From the NCBI GenBank assembly GCA_964354345.1, contig CAYGZL010000116.1:214-64213 (forward strand): a stretch of 64,000 nucleotides of DNA, given 5' to 3'. This DNA comes from an uncultured Anaerolineaceae bacterium (lineage in GTDB: Bacteria > Chloroflexota > Anaerolineae > Anaerolineales > UBA4823). Within the stretch, counting starts at the first letter, position 1. Every line of letters starts with the position of its first letter. The notes beneath the pieces were generated by a model, which was not told the DNA's origin, made no database searches, and saw only the letters and a program-made list of their open reading frames with translations. Of this stretch, positions 20,049 to 31,647 are shown piece after piece. The translations under genes were made by a program, and so were the position numbers.

Positions 20049-21335
20049 CTACATCCATTGCAATGAAAGGGTTGCCTGAGATAACACATTCGAGATGTTA
20101 TCGCCGTTCTTCACCCGGCAAACCTGTACTCCCATGAACTCTAGCGAGGCCTGCAGGCCCTCCGGATTTGTACTTCCACCAAAAGAGGATGCATCAAGCA
20201 GGACCGCTACAGGTCTCAAACCACGTCGAAGCAAGATATCCGCCACCTGGTAGACCGTCTCTGCTGCGCTGGGCGTAATCAGGATTATTGTGCTGCCGCG
20301 GGGTAGATGGCGAGCCTGGGTTTCCACCAGGCTGTGAAGGGGGAGGTCCCCTTCATCGGTTAAGACTGCCAGGCTTTCGAGGATTTTACCAAGTTGGCGT
20401 GCGCCCCGGTCAGAAGGTAAGATTCGCATAGATTGCCCTGCTGACACCAGACCTACCGCCCGACCTTTTTGAATATAATAGCGTCCCAGGGAAGCGGCAA
20501 TACTGACTGCATATTCGAGCGTCGCGGGTGGGAGTTCAAAACGAACGTCTTTCCGCCAAACATCCTGTAAATCGAACTCCGTTTGTGTACGGGGCAAGGC
20601 GAACTGCACCGACTTCGCCGCGTCAACGAAGAGCCATACTTCCGCCAGAGGATCCAACTCGAACTCTTTTACCATAATCCGGTTGCGCCTGGCGGTGCTG
20701 ACCCAATGAATACGGTTTAGTGGATCGCCCGGTGCATATTCACGCACCCCGGAGGCATTGGAAGTGATTTGCATCGTACGGCGGCGTAAAGCCTCACCGC
20801 CGGGAAGTAAGCCAGGCGGATTCGGGAAGCTGCGTACATCGAACACAAGTGGATACACCAATAGAGAATCCTGAAATGGTACCTTACGTCTGATCGGAAA
20901 TAAACCGAACAAATCTCCCGAAGCCAATTCTGTCGGCCCAAGACTGAACACACCTCGATCAATCAGACGCGTACGCGCCAGGTAGGTGCGACTCTCATGT
21001 CCACCGATCATTGTCAGGACATGCGATCCACTTGAACCGGGCAGGGTTGACTCATTTTTGATCTCAATCCATAAGCGCGGTAACCAATGATCGTTAATGA
21101 TCTCGTAACGTTCTTCAAATAATTGGCCAACCTGAGAACGCAATGCACGGGCTGTCCGGCGAAACTGGACTCCCCGCAAGGATAGCCTGGACATCGCCCA
21201 GCTAGCCACCACCATCACTCCCCACAAGTAGCTCAACCGGTAGAAAATCGCGGCGCGGGCGTCACCTCCCATGAGAACACCGAAAACGATGCTCACGGCA
21301 AGCAGAACCAGGATGACACGCAAAGCGGCTGTCAA
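20049..21335 (-). CDS. DUF58 domain membrane protein (MoxR-associated)
   Basis: VREYAPGDPLNRIHWVSTAR and MVKEFE motifs; N-terminal TMs; follows moxR. Confidence 0.88.
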   Translation of the reverse strand: MTAALRVILVLLAVSIVFGVLMGGDARAAIFYRLSYLWGVMVVASWAMSRLSLRGVQFRRTARALRSQVGQLFEERYEIINDHWLPRLWIEIKNESTLPGSSGSHVLTMIGGHESRTYLARTRLIDRGVFSLGPTELASGDLFGLFPIRRKVPFQDSLLVYPLVFDVRSFPNPPGLLPGGEALRRRTMQITSNASGVREYAPGDPLNRIHWVSTARRNRIMVKEFELDPLAEVWLFVDAAKSVQFALPRTQTEFDLQDVWRKDVRFELPPATLEYAVSIAASLGRYYIQKGRAVGLVSAGQSMRILPSDRGARQLGKILESLAVLTDEGDLPLHSLVETQARHLPRGSTIILITPSAAETVYQVADILLRRGLRPVAVLLDASSFGGSTNPEGLQASLEFMGVQVCRVKNGDNISNVLSQATLSLQWM

Positions 21336-21346
21336 CTAATCACCTG

Positions 21347-22345
21347 TTAGCGGCGATTATTCTCGGGCTGCTTACTGCCACTGGGACGTGACGATACCGC
21401 AGTGGGATCACCGCCTGGAATCGGCACACCGCTTAAGATCTCCTCAACGATCTGCTGAGAGTTTAAATCTCTCAGGCGCGCCCCTGGACCAAGGATCACA
21501 CGATGAGCTAAGGTCGGCACGGCCAGGGCTTTGATATCATCAGGCAAAACAAAATCCCGTCCCCGCATTGCTGCCCGTGCTTGCCCTGTCCTGAATAATG
21601 CCAGGCTGCCGCGGGGACTGGCGCCAAGGTAAACTTCAGCATGTTGGCGAGTCTGGTGAACCAGATCAATAATATAGCGTTTTAAAGCCGGTGAGACAAA
21701 AATTTCTTTGATTGCTTCCTGGTTTAATATTAACTCTTCGACGCTCGCCACCTGTTGCAAATCTTCCAGAGGGTGACGATATTGCTGGCGCTCCAGCACC
21801 CGGATTTCATCTTCAGGCGAAGGATAGCCGAGGCGGATGCGCAACAAAAAGCGATCGACCTGAGCTTCGGGCAACGGGAAAGTCCCTTCATACTCGATTG
21901 GATTCTGGGTTGCCTGGACCATAAACGGACGGGGCAACGGTCGCGTAACAACATCTACGGTGATCTGACGCTCTTCCATGGCTTCCAGTAAGGCTGCCTG
22001 GGTTTTCGGGGTCGCTCGATTGATCTCATCCGCCAGTACAATTTGCGCCATGATTGGTCCAGGTCGAAATTCAAATTCTCGCGTGACCTGGTTAAAGATT
22101 GAAACACCTGTAACATCGCTGGGCAACATATCGGGTGTGAACTGGATGCGGCTGAAAGAACAACCCAAGGAGCGCGCCAGGCTGCGCGCCAACATGGTTT
22201 TCCCAACCCCGGGCACATCTTCGATTAATAAGTGTCCCTGGCAAAGCAAGCCAGCCACCGCCAGCTCGATTGTTGGGCGTTTTCCTATAATAACTTTTTC
22301 AATATTAGCAATAATCCGTTCAGCAAATTCTTGTATTGTTGCCAT
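21347..22345 (-). CDS. moxR: MoxR family AAA+ ATPase
   Basis: [49 protein letters not shown]. Confidence 0.95.
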   Translation of the reverse strand: MATIQEFAERIIANIEKVIIGKRPTIELAVAGLLCQGHLLIEDVPGVGKTMLARSLARSLGCSFSRIQFTPDMLPSDVTGVSIFNQVTREFEFRPGPIMAQIVLADEINRATPKTQAALLEAMEERQITVDVVTRPLPRPFMVQATQNPIEYEGTFPLPEAQVDRFLLRIRLGYPSPEDEIRVLERQQYRHPLEDLQQVASVEELILNQEAIKEIFVSPALKRYIIDLVHQTRQHAEVYLGASPRGSLALFRTGQARAAMRGRDFVLPDDIKALAVPTLAHRVILGPGARLRDLNSQQIVEEILSGVPIPGGDPTAVSSRPSGSKQPENNRR

Positions 22346-22642
22346 GTGCAGCTCCGTGTAAATATCAGGCGTCTATATGGACGCAGTAACCAGCGAAGAT
22401 AATGGGATTAATTTCAGAACCAGTGATCATAGCGTAATAGAAAAGCAGGCATATTTTATCATCACCCGCGTAACACACTTAAATACTTAGGCACCTATTA
22501 TTTCGTTCATTCGAGAGCCGGCCTGGTGGTATTTACGATCAGACCGGAATTCATTCAGTCTGCCTCTTGCCTTATCGAGAAGTGACCTCTATAATCAAGT
22601 ATAAGGATCCTGATGCAATACATCAGGTTGACTGGAAAAACA

Positions 22643-23344
22643 ATGACACAGACTTTTAAACTATATCGTCTCCAGCAAATCGACAGCCAGATTGATCATA
22701 ACCGGACACGCCTGAACGCAATAGAGGCCACGCTAAGCGAAAATGAGGCGCTGCGTCAGGCTGAAACACAATCCGAAGCCGCAGCCCAGACCTGGCAAGC
22801 AGCCTGTAAGATTCTAAACCAGGCCGAGGTTACTGTGCGCGATCACCTTCTGAAAATCGAGCAAATTGAAGCCACATTATACAGCGGAAAAGTGCGCAAC
22901 CCAAAAGAGTTACAAGACATGCAAAACGAGGTCGGAGCGCTAAAGCGCTACCGTGTAATTCTGGAAGACAGGCAATTGGATGCCATGCTGCAGGAAGAGG
23001 ATACACAGACGGTTTACCAGGCTGCTGCGAAGGAGCTGGAGAGGATCAAAGAACAATATTCTGCCCAGCATAAACAACTAATGGAAGAAAAATACCGCTT
23101 AACCCGTGAAACTTCTCACCTGGAGGAAGAACGCCGGGCAGCCGTCGCATCGATCCCAAACGACGAATTGCAACTCTATGAAAACTTACGCCGGCAACGC
23201 ATCGGAGTAGCTGTAGCCAAAGTTACTGAACGGGCTTGCTCAGCCTGTGGTTCCGTTCTCAGTACTGCACTCCTGGCTTCTGCTCGCTCACCCAGCCAAA
23301 CCGCCCGTTGCGATACGTGTGGTCGCCTGTTGTACGCCGGGTGA
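22643..23344 (+). CDS. Coiled-coil protein with C-terminal C4 zinc ribbon (DUF164/CT398-like)
   Basis: LYRLQQIDSQID start, long coiled coil, CSAC and CDTCGRLLY. Confidence 0.85.
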   Translation: MTQTFKLYRLQQIDSQIDHNRTRLNAIEATLSENEALRQAETQSEAAAQTWQAACKILNQAEVTVRDHLLKIEQIEATLYSGKVRNPKELQDMQNEVGALKRYRVILEDRQLDAMLQEEDTQTVYQAAAKELERIKEQYSAQHKQLMEEKYRLTRETSHLEEERRAAVASIPNDELQLYENLRRQRIGVAVAKVTERACSACGSVLSTALLASARSPSQTARCDTCGRLLYAG

Positions 23345-23415
23345 CCGGCAGCATTTCGTATCGCTCATATTTTGCGTGTCGCCCAGACTCTTTATCGCGC
23401 TCAGAGCGACATTGC

Positions 23416-23673
23416 TTACAAGCGCGATAGCAAATTCGTCAAAACCATATCCAGGATTTGCAACAGGACAATTAATATCAACGGGCTGAAATCCAGTCCA
23501 CCCATGTTCGGCATTAAACGCCGGATGGGAGTCAACAACGGATCTACCAGCCGAGAAAAGAACTGCCGTACTGGATGGAATGGGGACAAGAAATAAGATA
23601 AGATCACTTCAACGATAACAACCAGGATATATCCCTGGATCAGCCGATGTAATAACATGACGACTAAACTCAT
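23416..23673 (-). CDS. yggT: YggT family membrane protein
   Basis: DPLLTPIRRLMP and GLDFSPLI motifs; follows yggS. Confidence 0.9.
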   Translation of the reverse strand: MSLVVMLLHRLIQGYILVVIVEVILSYFLSPFHPVRQFFSRLVDPLLTPIRRLMPNMGGLDFSPLILIVLLQILDMVLTNLLSRL

Positions 23674-23726
23674 ATTTAAATTCCTTTGTTACCCTGGGAA
23701 AGTAGAAGGATCTCCCTACGATTGAT

Positions 23727-24503
23727 CTATAGGCGTGGGCCCATGATCGCGGTGCCAATGCGTACCAAAGTTGCGCCTTCCTGAACGGCGACTGGATAAT
23801 CAGCGCTCATGCCCATTGACAACTCTTTCCATGACAGCCCAGGATACTGCTGTGTTGGAAATTCCTCCTGCAATATATTAGCCAGTGTACGTAAACGCCG
23901 GAAGAAAGGTCGCGTCTCTTCTGGATCCTCAACATACGGCGCCATCGTCATCAGCCCACGTACACTCAGGTTATGTAGCAATAGCAATTCACGAATATCT
24001 TTGGTTAAAACGGGCAGTTGATCCTCTTGGCAGGCTGACCAGCCAAACTTCGTCTCTTCGCCGCTGACATTACACTCCAAAAGCACTGGTAGGATGACCC
24101 CAACTTCGCTCGCAAACCGGTCCAATCGTCGGGCTAATGGCAGACTATCGAGTGAATGCAGCCAGGCGAAGTACCCACACACCCGCTGGGCCTTGCGTCT
24201 TTGCACGTGACCAATCATATGCCAGGCAACTCTGGGTAGATCTGCACAGGCATTGATCTTGGTGATTGCTTCTTCTACATAATTTTCACCTAAATCGCGC
24301 GCTCCAGCCGCAATAACCGCCCGGACGGCCCACAGGGGGTGACCTTTTGTTACCACAACCAACTGCACAGACATGGAATTGCGCCCTGCTTGACTGGCAA
24401 TTTGCTCGATCTGAGTAATTACTGTCCGGTAGTTTTCAGCGATGGCGGTGCTACGAATAGCTTCGGAGGGATCCCGCAAGGTTTCCGGATCGGTTTTCAT
24501 CAA
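23727..24503 (-). CDS. yggS: YggS family PLP homeostasis protein
   Basis: VVTK, GENY, WHMIGHVQ, GLMTMAP, LSMGMSADY, RIGTAIMG. Confidence 0.95.
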   Translation of the reverse strand: MMKTDPETLRDPSEAIRSTAIAENYRTVITQIEQIASQAGRNSMSVQLVVVTKGHPLWAVRAVIAAGARDLGENYVEEAITKINACADLPRVAWHMIGHVQRRKAQRVCGYFAWLHSLDSLPLARRLDRFASEVGVILPVLLECNVSGEETKFGWSACQEDQLPVLTKDIRELLLLHNLSVRGLMTMAPYVEDPEETRPFFRRLRTLANILQEEFPTQQYPGLSWKELSMGMSADYPVAVQEGATLVRIGTAIMGPRL

Positions 24504-25307
24504 TCACCTTGCTTTCACGTCACTGTTCAATCCGATCAACACCCCAAACCTCCCTGTGCGCCCGAGTTCAGCACGATGAGAATACCAATCCTGCAATTGA
24601 CAGGCCGTACATAGACCAGAGACTTCGATATTCCTGACTCCAGCCTGTTCGAGTAAGAAACGGTTCGCCTCCCAAAGATCCAAGGTGATGTAATCAGACA
24701 TATTGGTAGATAATAAGCCAGCTGCCTCCTCTCTAAAGGTCAGTCTTACTTGTTCGACCACCTCGGCGCCAACCGGATAATGATGCGCGGCTATGGAAGG
24801 ACCGATACCCGCCTGGATGTCACACGGATTACAACCATAGTGCTCCTGCATTTCGTGCACAGCCCAGTAAGCTGCCTTCCGGACAGTGCCTAACCATCCG
24901 GCATGCACTAAGCCAATCACCTGCTGGCGCGGATCATACAATAAAATCGGTACGCAATCAGCAAACCGCATCATTAAAGTCACCTGTGGGTGATCGGTGA
25001 GCAGGATGTCCGCCTGGAGATAAGGCGCCTGAGGGGAGCGTGGTGCATCAACGTAGACAACGTGTCGACTGTGGACCTGCCAGGCATCGTACAGGCTATC
25101 GAGAGCGCGACCACAGGACTGAAATGCGCGCTGGCGATTCTCTTTTACGCGCTCCGGATCATCGCCTACCGTACCGCCCACATTCAAGGCCGCCCAGGGC
25201 GTAGGGCTGACTCCTCCCCTCCGGGTGAAGATAGCGTGGGTCAACCGCCGGTCAGCCAGCAGGTCAAAGGTGAAATAACGAAGGGAGTCGGGTTGGTGAA
25301 AAGGCAT
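24504..25307 (-). CDS. pgeF: PgeF/YfiH laccase-domain protein
   Basis: FTRRGGVS, QVHS, ADCVPIL, HAGWLG, IGPSI, CTAC, YSHR. Confidence 0.93.
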   Translation of the reverse strand: MPFHQPDSLRYFTFDLLADRRLTHAIFTRRGGVSPTPWAALNVGGTVGDDPERVKENRQRAFQSCGRALDSLYDAWQVHSRHVVYVDAPRSPQAPYLQADILLTDHPQVTLMMRFADCVPILLYDPRQQVIGLVHAGWLGTVRKAAYWAVHEMQEHYGCNPCDIQAGIGPSIAAHHYPVGAEVVEQVRLTFREEAAGLLSTNMSDYITLDLWEANRFLLEQAGVRNIEVSGLCTACQLQDWYSHRAELGRTGRFGVLIGLNSDVKAR

Positions 25308-25352
25308 TGTGCAATTAATTCACAAGGAATCGGTTGCGTGAAACGTTGTTCA

Positions 25353-26348
25353 TCATAGACGCGGTGAAGGATCATCGCTGTTCAGATGCTGCCGTTTAGC
25401 CTTCATAAAACCTGATGTCTCTGACATCGTCTGTTCAACCATTGGATACCCAAACCAGGCAGTTGATAAACCAAATAACCCACCCGTTAATACTCTCAAG
25501 AATGGCGTGCTTTCATGGAAGGGAATCCAGGGCAATCCAAACTGGCTGATAAACTGGCTGCCTCCATCCAAACCCATGGGCAGGATGCCAATCAGCACCC
25601 AAAGATACCAGGGGAACACCGGCATCGACCGGCGGGTGAAAGAAAATACCAGACCGAACCCCAGGATTCCCAAATAAATCGCCACATCCCGTTCGCATAA
25701 AGCCACTTTATAACCCATCTGTGAGCTGCCAGTGTACTGTCGGGCGGTGAGAAAATCATCGGGTGAATTGCTCTCGCCTAAGCCGGTTGCCGTGCCATAG
25801 GGTAATAAACTTGTAACGCCTGCAGCGCTACGTGGATATACAATCTGTTCACCAAATAGAAAAAACGATCGGTAAGCCAATTGGTGACACATCAAACCGT
25901 ATGCGCGATAAATCAAGTTGGCGGGTCGGGGCGCATTCGCTTTCATTAAGATTGGCGCTAAGAAGGGTAAGCCCACATAAATGAAAACCAGCAGGTTAAA
26001 CACCGCCAGATAATGCTTGGAGAACCAATAAGTAAATGAGTCAGCCCTTGACCAGGTTCCTGATTTCCATGACCAGGCAGACTCAGCCTGAAGATCGCGC
26101 TCCCGAGCAGACTCCAGAGTTAACCGTAACTGTTGATGGGTAATTGGCGCGCGTAAAACATAAGCCCCAATCACCACTACAGGCACTTCCTGGCCATATC
26201 GCTGTATAAAAACCGGATTGCTATCTACATCGATAACTTCGAGCTGATGCGGAAATTCACCTTTTAATACCTGTAATTCGGCTTGAACCTCATCACACAG
26301 ATTGCAATCCGCCCGACTGTAGAGTTTTACCTGCAGCGTGATGCCCAT
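25353..26348 (-). CDS. Glutaredoxin-like domain fused to DUF2085 membrane domain
   Basis: N-terminal YSRADCNLCD (CxxC) and VPVV; membrane part with CHQ, ALCERD, LDGGSQ, LRVLTGGLFG. Confidence 0.78.
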   Translation of the reverse strand: MGITLQVKLYSRADCNLCDEVQAELQVLKGEFPHQLEVIDVDSNPVFIQRYGQEVPVVVIGAYVLRAPITHQQLRLTLESARERDLQAESAWSWKSGTWSRADSFTYWFSKHYLAVFNLLVFIYVGLPFLAPILMKANAPRPANLIYRAYGLMCHQLAYRSFFLFGEQIVYPRSAAGVTSLLPYGTATGLGESNSPDDFLTARQYTGSSQMGYKVALCERDVAIYLGILGFGLVFSFTRRSMPVFPWYLWVLIGILPMGLDGGSQFISQFGLPWIPFHESTPFLRVLTGGLFGLSTAWFGYPMVEQTMSETSGFMKAKRQHLNSDDPSPRL

Positions 26349-26439
26349 TATTGAATTACTCCCAGGCGCTGTAAGTAACCGGTCAATTCATTTTCTTCTA
26401 AGACGTAAATATGCCGATAACGTAAGATCCCGCCTGGTT

Positions 26440-27369
26440 TCATCTTTCTCCTACGATACTGGTTTCTTCTTCTTTCGATTTAGGTGCAATCAACAAGGAC
26501 ATCACTAAAGCAATTGGGAAGAGGCTTATCCCAAAGAACCACCAATCGAAAAAGTTGCGTCCCTTACGCGCAGCAATTAACGCCGGCGCTAAACCGAGAC
26601 TTACCAAAATAATCAAACCGATCAGCATGATCCGACCGATTTCAAGTTCATCGATTGCACCAAAGAATGAGCCCAGGCTGGCTAATTGCTCAAAACGACC
26701 AGATATGAGCAGGATTCCAACAAAGATGAGAATCACGCCCATCCCAATTTCCACATATCGCATCACCTTCCCATATCTGCGGATGGCAGTCGTCACCAGG
26801 CTGATCTGGGTTGAGGCAACGAGAAATGGGATCGCCAGGCCGGCTGAGTAAGCGGATAACAAGACGACTCCCTGGTTAACCGAGCCACCGTTAAAGGCCA
26901 GGGTGAGAATCGAGCCTAACACCGGTCCCACACATGGGGACCAACCAGCTGAAAAGAATATACCCATTAAAACAGAAGCCAGGTAGCCCCGGTTGCGATC
27001 AGGTGCTGTCTGAGGACGCAGATCATACTCCAGGAACGGAATGCGGATCAGACCCGTCATATGGAAGCCAAAGATCACCACGACATGACCGCCAATCATT
27101 ACCAGTGCACTGCGCATGTTGAATAAGACGCCGCCAATGGCTGAAGAAGCAACACCCAATGAGATAAATACCAGGCTGAACCCAAACACAAACGCTAATC
27201 CATGACTCAAGGTGACCCAGCGATTGTCTTTACCTCCGACCGCTGAAGCAGCTGAACGTCCACCCAGATAACTGATATAAGCCGGTACTAACGAAAAAAC
27301 ACAGGGCGACAAAAAAGAAGCTAATCCAGCCAAAAAAGCCAAACCGACGCTAATATTCGATAATTCCAT
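26440..27369 (-). CDS. ccdA: CcdA/DsbD-beta thiol-disulfide transporter with C-terminal extension
   Basis: SFLSPCV and GWSPCVGP motifs; multiple TMs. Confidence 0.92.
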   Translation of the reverse strand: MELSNISVGLAFLAGLASFLSPCVFSLVPAYISYLGGRSAASAVGGKDNRWVTLSHGLAFVFGFSLVFISLGVASSAIGGVLFNMRSALVMIGGHVVVIFGFHMTGLIRIPFLEYDLRPQTAPDRNRGYLASVLMGIFFSAGWSPCVGPVLGSILTLAFNGGSVNQGVVLLSAYSAGLAIPFLVASTQISLVTTAIRRYGKVMRYVEIGMGVILIFVGILLISGRFEQLASLGSFFGAIDELEIGRIMLIGLIILVSLGLAPALIAARKGRNFFDWWFFGISLFPIALVMSLLIAPKSKEEETSIVGER

Positions 27370-27387
27370 TTCATCCCTCTGCCGGAG

Positions 27388-28494
27388 CTATTGTTCCGTA
27401 ACGATAACCGGGGTGCTCGGTACCCCTGAAACTGCCACATCTAACATACCCGGATCGGACAGAACGTTAGGTTGAGTCCAACGGAAAATCCACTTTGCGT
27501 CCTCTGGGCGAGTATTGACGCATCCATGCGACATCCGATCTCCAAAGTTATTATGCCAGAAGGTTGAGTGGATCGCCACACCACCTGTGACAAAGATCAC
27601 TGTCCAACCAATTCCTGGTAAATCATAACCTGCCCCCGTAGTTCCCCCACTCATCTGTAATGAGATGAATTTTCGGGCAACCCGATGTGAACCGATAGGC
27701 GTAGACCACTTATCCACCAGGTTGCCGAACATGTCGAACTTGGCGCCAGTTGATACCGTGCAAAAGTAGATTTCTCGCTTCCCCTCATAACAAGATAAGG
27801 TCTGGTAAGTCAGGTCAATCACAACCTTCTTCTCTTCTGCGTCTGGGTGGATAGCCATCAACTCATCGGTTGAGATTGGTCGAAAGGCTTCAGCCGCAGC
27901 CCACAGTAGATCAACACCGCCATAATAATTAGGATTTACCCGGTATAGTACCTGCCCCTTCTCTGTTTTTTTAATGCGATCCACCCAAAAAACCTGGCTG
28001 TAATATAAACGGACCGGCAAACCTTGTTCCACAAGCGCTTCTACCCAAGAGTTTGAAGAAGGCTTATTTTCCATTATCGTATCAACATAGGGGACAGTAA
28101 CTTCCACCCACATTCCATTCCCCAGGCTGGTTTTCGGCAAGGAGGAAATTGGTTGGTTGGGCAGGTTACGAACCGGCTGTAAAAGCGCCCCATAAATATA
28201 ACCATCCGGCGTCTCCACCCATTTCTGGTTATTAAAAATCAAAGTCGGCTTTTGGGCGACTACCTCCCGCAGCCAGGGAACAACCGCGTCTTCATAAATG
28301 ACGCCAACCGTCTGGCTATCTAAATCCGGGCGGGCTTTGAGCTCTGCGCTTCCCCGGCTGACCCGACCTAGCCGCTCTTTTTTCGGAAAGTCAGCCAGGG
28401 TAATAAGAGAAGCCAAGGGTCGTAAAGCAACTGCCCCCAGGGAGAGAGTCGCCAATCTAATAAAATCCTGCCGCGTGATCAACCTTCTTATCAT
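27388..28494 (-). CDS. L,D-transpeptidase (YkuD) family protein, probably Tat-exported
   Basis: VSTG, TPIG, AIHSTFWH and SHGCVN catalytic motif; N-terminal Tat-like signal. Confidence 0.9.
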   Translation of the reverse strand: MIRRLITRQDFIRLATLSLGAVALRPLASLITLADFPKKERLGRVSRGSAELKARPDLDSQTVGVIYEDAVVPWLREVVAQKPTLIFNNQKWVETPDGYIYGALLQPVRNLPNQPISSLPKTSLGNGMWVEVTVPYVDTIMENKPSSNSWVEALVEQGLPVRLYYSQVFWVDRIKKTEKGQVLYRVNPNYYGGVDLLWAAAEAFRPISTDELMAIHPDAEEKKVVIDLTYQTLSCYEGKREIYFCTVSTGAKFDMFGNLVDKWSTPIGSHRVARKFISLQMSGGTTGAGYDLPGIGWTVIFVTGGVAIHSTFWHNNFGDRMSHGCVNTRPEDAKWIFRWTQPNVLSDPGMLDVAVSGVPSTPVIVTEQ

Positions 28495-28530
28495 CGTAGA
28501 GAATAAGGATAACCAGAAAGAGACAGTGGG

Positions 28531-30996
28531 TCAATGCTCGAGAGTGATAGCAGGCATTAAAGTTTGGTTAGAAGTCATGCGACGTAACCGTAAGCTATTG
28601 CTCACCACGAAAATGCTGCTGAAGGCCATTGCGCCTGCAGCCAGCATCGGATTCAAGTAGCCTGATGCGGCTGCTGGAATGAGAATCACATTATAGAAAA
28701 AAGCCCAGAATAGGTTTTGCCGAATGGTCCTTAAAGTACGTCGGGACAAAGCAATCGCCCGCGCCACTCCGCGTAGATCACCACTGATCAACACAACCGG
28801 CGCGGCGGCCATGGCAACATCGGTGCCTGTTCCGATCGCGATCCCCACCTCAGCCTGCGCCAGTGCTGGTGCGTCGTTAATGCCATCTCCCACCATGGCG
28901 ACCACCTGTGCCCTGGCTTGCAGTTTCTTTACCTCGGCGGCTTTATCTCCCGGTAAAACCTCAGCCAATACCTTATCCACTCCGACTTGTTGAGCAATCG
29001 CCAGGGCGGTCTGCCGGTTATCGCCGGTAATCATAACCACCTGCAATCCCATGCGGTGCAGCTCATCAATTGCCTGTCGGGAGCCTTCCTTAACAGTATC
29101 AGCTACCGCGATCACGCCGTGCAATACCTTATTTACAGTTACCAACATAGCCGTCTTGGCCTCGACTTGCACGCGATTGACCACGGTTTGCATCCCATTC
29201 AGCGGTATGCCACGCTCGATCATCATTTGCAAATTACCCACCAGTACCGGCTGTCCATCCACCTCAGCCTCGACACCCTTACCAACCACCGCTCGGAAAC
29301 TTTGCGGCTCAGATAAAACCAGCCCGCGCTCACCAGCCTCAGCCACAATTGCCTCGCCCAAGGGATGCTCACTGCCTTTCTCGACTGAGGCAGCCAGGCG
29401 TAACAACTCAGTTTGGTCGATGGATCCACTTTGGTCTACCAGGATTACATCAGTGACGGCTGGTTGGCCGCGCGTTATCGTACCTGTCTTATCTAAAACA
29501 ACCGTGGTGATTTTCCCCGCCCGTTCAAGCGCTTCACTCGATTTAAATAAGATGCCCCATTCCGCGCCTTTGCCAGTTCCGACCATCACAGCCGTTGGAG
29601 TGGCCAGACCCATTGCACAAGGGCAGGCAATCACCAACACCGCCACCATGTTAATTAGAGCGCGAGTGACTCCGCTAACCTCAGAATTCGCTGGCAGCGG
29701 GATCAATATCCACCAAACCAGGAACGTCACCAGAGCTACGATGATCACCGCCGGCACGAACACCGCCGAAACCTGATCGGCCAGTTTCTGGATTGGCGCC
29801 TTGCTGCCCTGTGCTTCTTCCACCAGCCGGATTATTTGCGCCAGGGCGGTTTCCTTACCGACCCTGGTCGCTTCTATCTTGAGCAGACCAAGCTTGTTCA
29901 GTGTCGCCCCTATGACCGGATCTCCGGGACCTTTTTCAACCGGCAACGATTCACCCGTCAACATCGACTCGTCCACGGCTGAGCGACCTTCTATGACTAC
30001 GCCATCCACGGCAATTTTTTCACCGGGTCGTACAATTACAACATCACCGACCAGTACCTGATCGGTGGCTATGTCTATCTCCTCGCCATTGCGCACAACA
30101 CGGGCAGTCCTGGCGCGCAGACTCACCAACTTCTTGATCGCCTCACTGGTGCGACCTTTCGCGCGCGCCTCCAAGAATTTCCCAAGCTTGATCAAAGTAA
30201 TGATTACGGCAGCCGTCTCAAAATAGACATGCCCAGGCAACCAACCCAGGGCGATGGGTAGAGAATAGAAAAATGCAGCGGAAGAACCCATGGCGATCAA
30301 TACGTCCATATTGGCTGAGCCATTCCGCAGAGCCTTATATGCGCCAATATAATATTGTCCACCGACATAGAATTGCACCACCGACGCCAGTACAAGCATG
30401 AGCCAATTGGTCCAGGCAGCGTGCCGAATCATCTCTGGTAATAATCCCAGATCGCGCGCCATCGAAAAAAGAAAAAGCGGAATGGTAAAAACCAACCCGA
30501 CCGATAATAAATGACGTTGCTTAGCAATTTCAGCCTGGCGCGCCTTCTGTTCAGCATCTTCCGACTCACCACCTGACTCTGCTGCTTCAAAGCCTGCCGC
30601 TGCCACAATCTGACGCAGATCAGCCTGGCTGACAATCGTTGGAATATAACGGACCCGCGCTCGCTCACTGGTAAAACTCACCTGTGCTTCTAAAACCCCC
30701 TCAACCTGGCTTAAGGTTTTTTCCAGGCGGCGGGCGTCATTATTGTCGCTCAACCGGCGAATAAACAAGTCAGCTTCTCCGGTGGCAACGCCGTAACCCG
30801 CTTTCTGGATCCGACCAATCAGATCGTCCATCGTGGCTATTTCTGGATCAAACTCAACAGTCGCCCGCTCCGAGGCGAGGTTAACCATTGCGACGTGGAC
30901 ACCGCTGACTTTCTTCAGATTACGCTCAACCGTTGCCACGCAATTCGCGCAGGTCATTCCTGTGACCGGTAGGGTAATTTGTTTTGTATCCGCCAT
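28531..30996 (-). CDS. copA: Cu(I)-translocating P1B-type ATPase
   Basis: GMTCANC metal-binding domain, [24 protein letters not shown] and MAFSS. GGAGG RBS before ATG 30996. Confidence 0.95.
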   Translation of the reverse strand: MADTKQITLPVTGMTCANCVATVERNLKKVSGVHVAMVNLASERATVEFDPEIATMDDLIGRIQKAGYGVATGEADLFIRRLSDNNDARRLEKTLSQVEGVLEAQVSFTSERARVRYIPTIVSQADLRQIVAAAGFEAAESGGESEDAEQKARQAEIAKQRHLLSVGLVFTIPLFLFSMARDLGLLPEMIRHAAWTNWLMLVLASVVQFYVGGQYYIGAYKALRNGSANMDVLIAMGSSAAFFYSLPIALGWLPGHVYFETAAVIITLIKLGKFLEARAKGRTSEAIKKLVSLRARTARVVRNGEEIDIATDQVLVGDVVIVRPGEKIAVDGVVIEGRSAVDESMLTGESLPVEKGPGDPVIGATLNKLGLLKIEATRVGKETALAQIIRLVEEAQGSKAPIQKLADQVSAVFVPAVIIVALVTFLVWWILIPLPANSEVSGVTRALINMVAVLVIACPCAMGLATPTAVMVGTGKGAEWGILFKSSEALERAGKITTVVLDKTGTITRGQPAVTDVILVDQSGSIDQTELLRLAASVEKGSEHPLGEAIVAEAGERGLVLSEPQSFRAVVGKGVEAEVDGQPVLVGNLQMMIERGIPLNGMQTVVNRVQVEAKTAMLVTVNKVLHGVIAVADTVKEGSRQAIDELHRMGLQVVMITGDNRQTALAIAQQVGVDKVLAEVLPGDKAAEVKKLQARAQVVAMVGDGINDAPALAQAEVGIAIGTGTDVAMAAAPVVLISGDLRGVARAIALSRRTLRTIRQNLFWAFFYNVILIPAAASGYLNPMLAAGAMAFSSIFVVSNSLRLRRMTSNQTLMPAITLEH

Positions 30997-31142
30997 GTAT
31001 ACCTCCAATAAACACGCACTACGGAAGCCGGGCATTCCCGTAGTGCGCGATAAGCAATCCTGATTTTACGACGCAACCCGGCTCAGAAATAACTTGCTTC
31101 TAAATGCCAGGTCGTTTACGCCCTATGCAGAGTTTATCCTGA

Positions 31143-31349
31143 TCAATTGACAGCTGGATAATTAATTTCAAGCAATAAGGACTTGATTACCTCTTCTGTA
31201 GCTGGCGGATCGAAGGTAATCGTCGCCTTCTTGCCCTGTGCATCTGCCACTACGGACTTCACTCCGGCCAACTCGCTGACTTCAGTCTGGATTGTGTGGA
31301 CGCAGTGCATACAGGAAATATTGGGAATTGAATAGGTAACGGTAGTCAT
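31143..31349 (-). CDS. copZ: Copper chaperone (HMA domain)
   Basis: ISCMHC motif, 68 aa, lies between csoR and copA. Confidence 0.9.
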   Translation of the reverse strand: MTTVTYSIPNISCMHCVHTIQTEVSELAGVKSVVADAQGKKATITFDPPATEEVIKSLLLEINYPAVN

Positions 31350-31364
31350 GGTAACTCTCCATAA

Positions 31365-31643
31365 TCAAATTTTGGTTGACGCCTCAAAAACATCGGCAAT
31401 CTCCTTTAACACCCGCTCTCGTTCATCTGCGTTTTCACCGCGCACCGCGGTGATCAAGCAAGAGTTGAGATGGTCTTCCAGAATCATGGCGGTAACCTTG
31501 TTCAGCGCAGCCTGAACGGCTTGAATTTGGCGGATAATATCGATACAATAAGCGCCTTCTTCCACCATACGTTCCACACCGCGTAAATGGCCGCTGACAT
31601 TCTTGATTCGTCGTAAAGTTTCGTCTTGTTGCATCTTCATCAT
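31365..31643 (-). CDS. csoR: CsoR family metal-sensing repressor
   Basis: GHLRGVERMVE, YCIDIIRQ and HLNSC ligand pattern. Confidence 0.92.
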   Translation of the reverse strand: MMKMQQDETLRRIKNVSGHLRGVERMVEEGAYCIDIIRQIQAVQAALNKVTAMILEDHLNSCLITAVRGENADERERVLKEIADVFEASTKI

Positions 31644-31647
31644 ACTG

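Noticed and set aside
21347-22345. MoxR as the missing CIS ATPase
   Set aside because: It is a standard MoxR-DUF58 pair far from the locus and is not of the Afp15-like AAA+ type.
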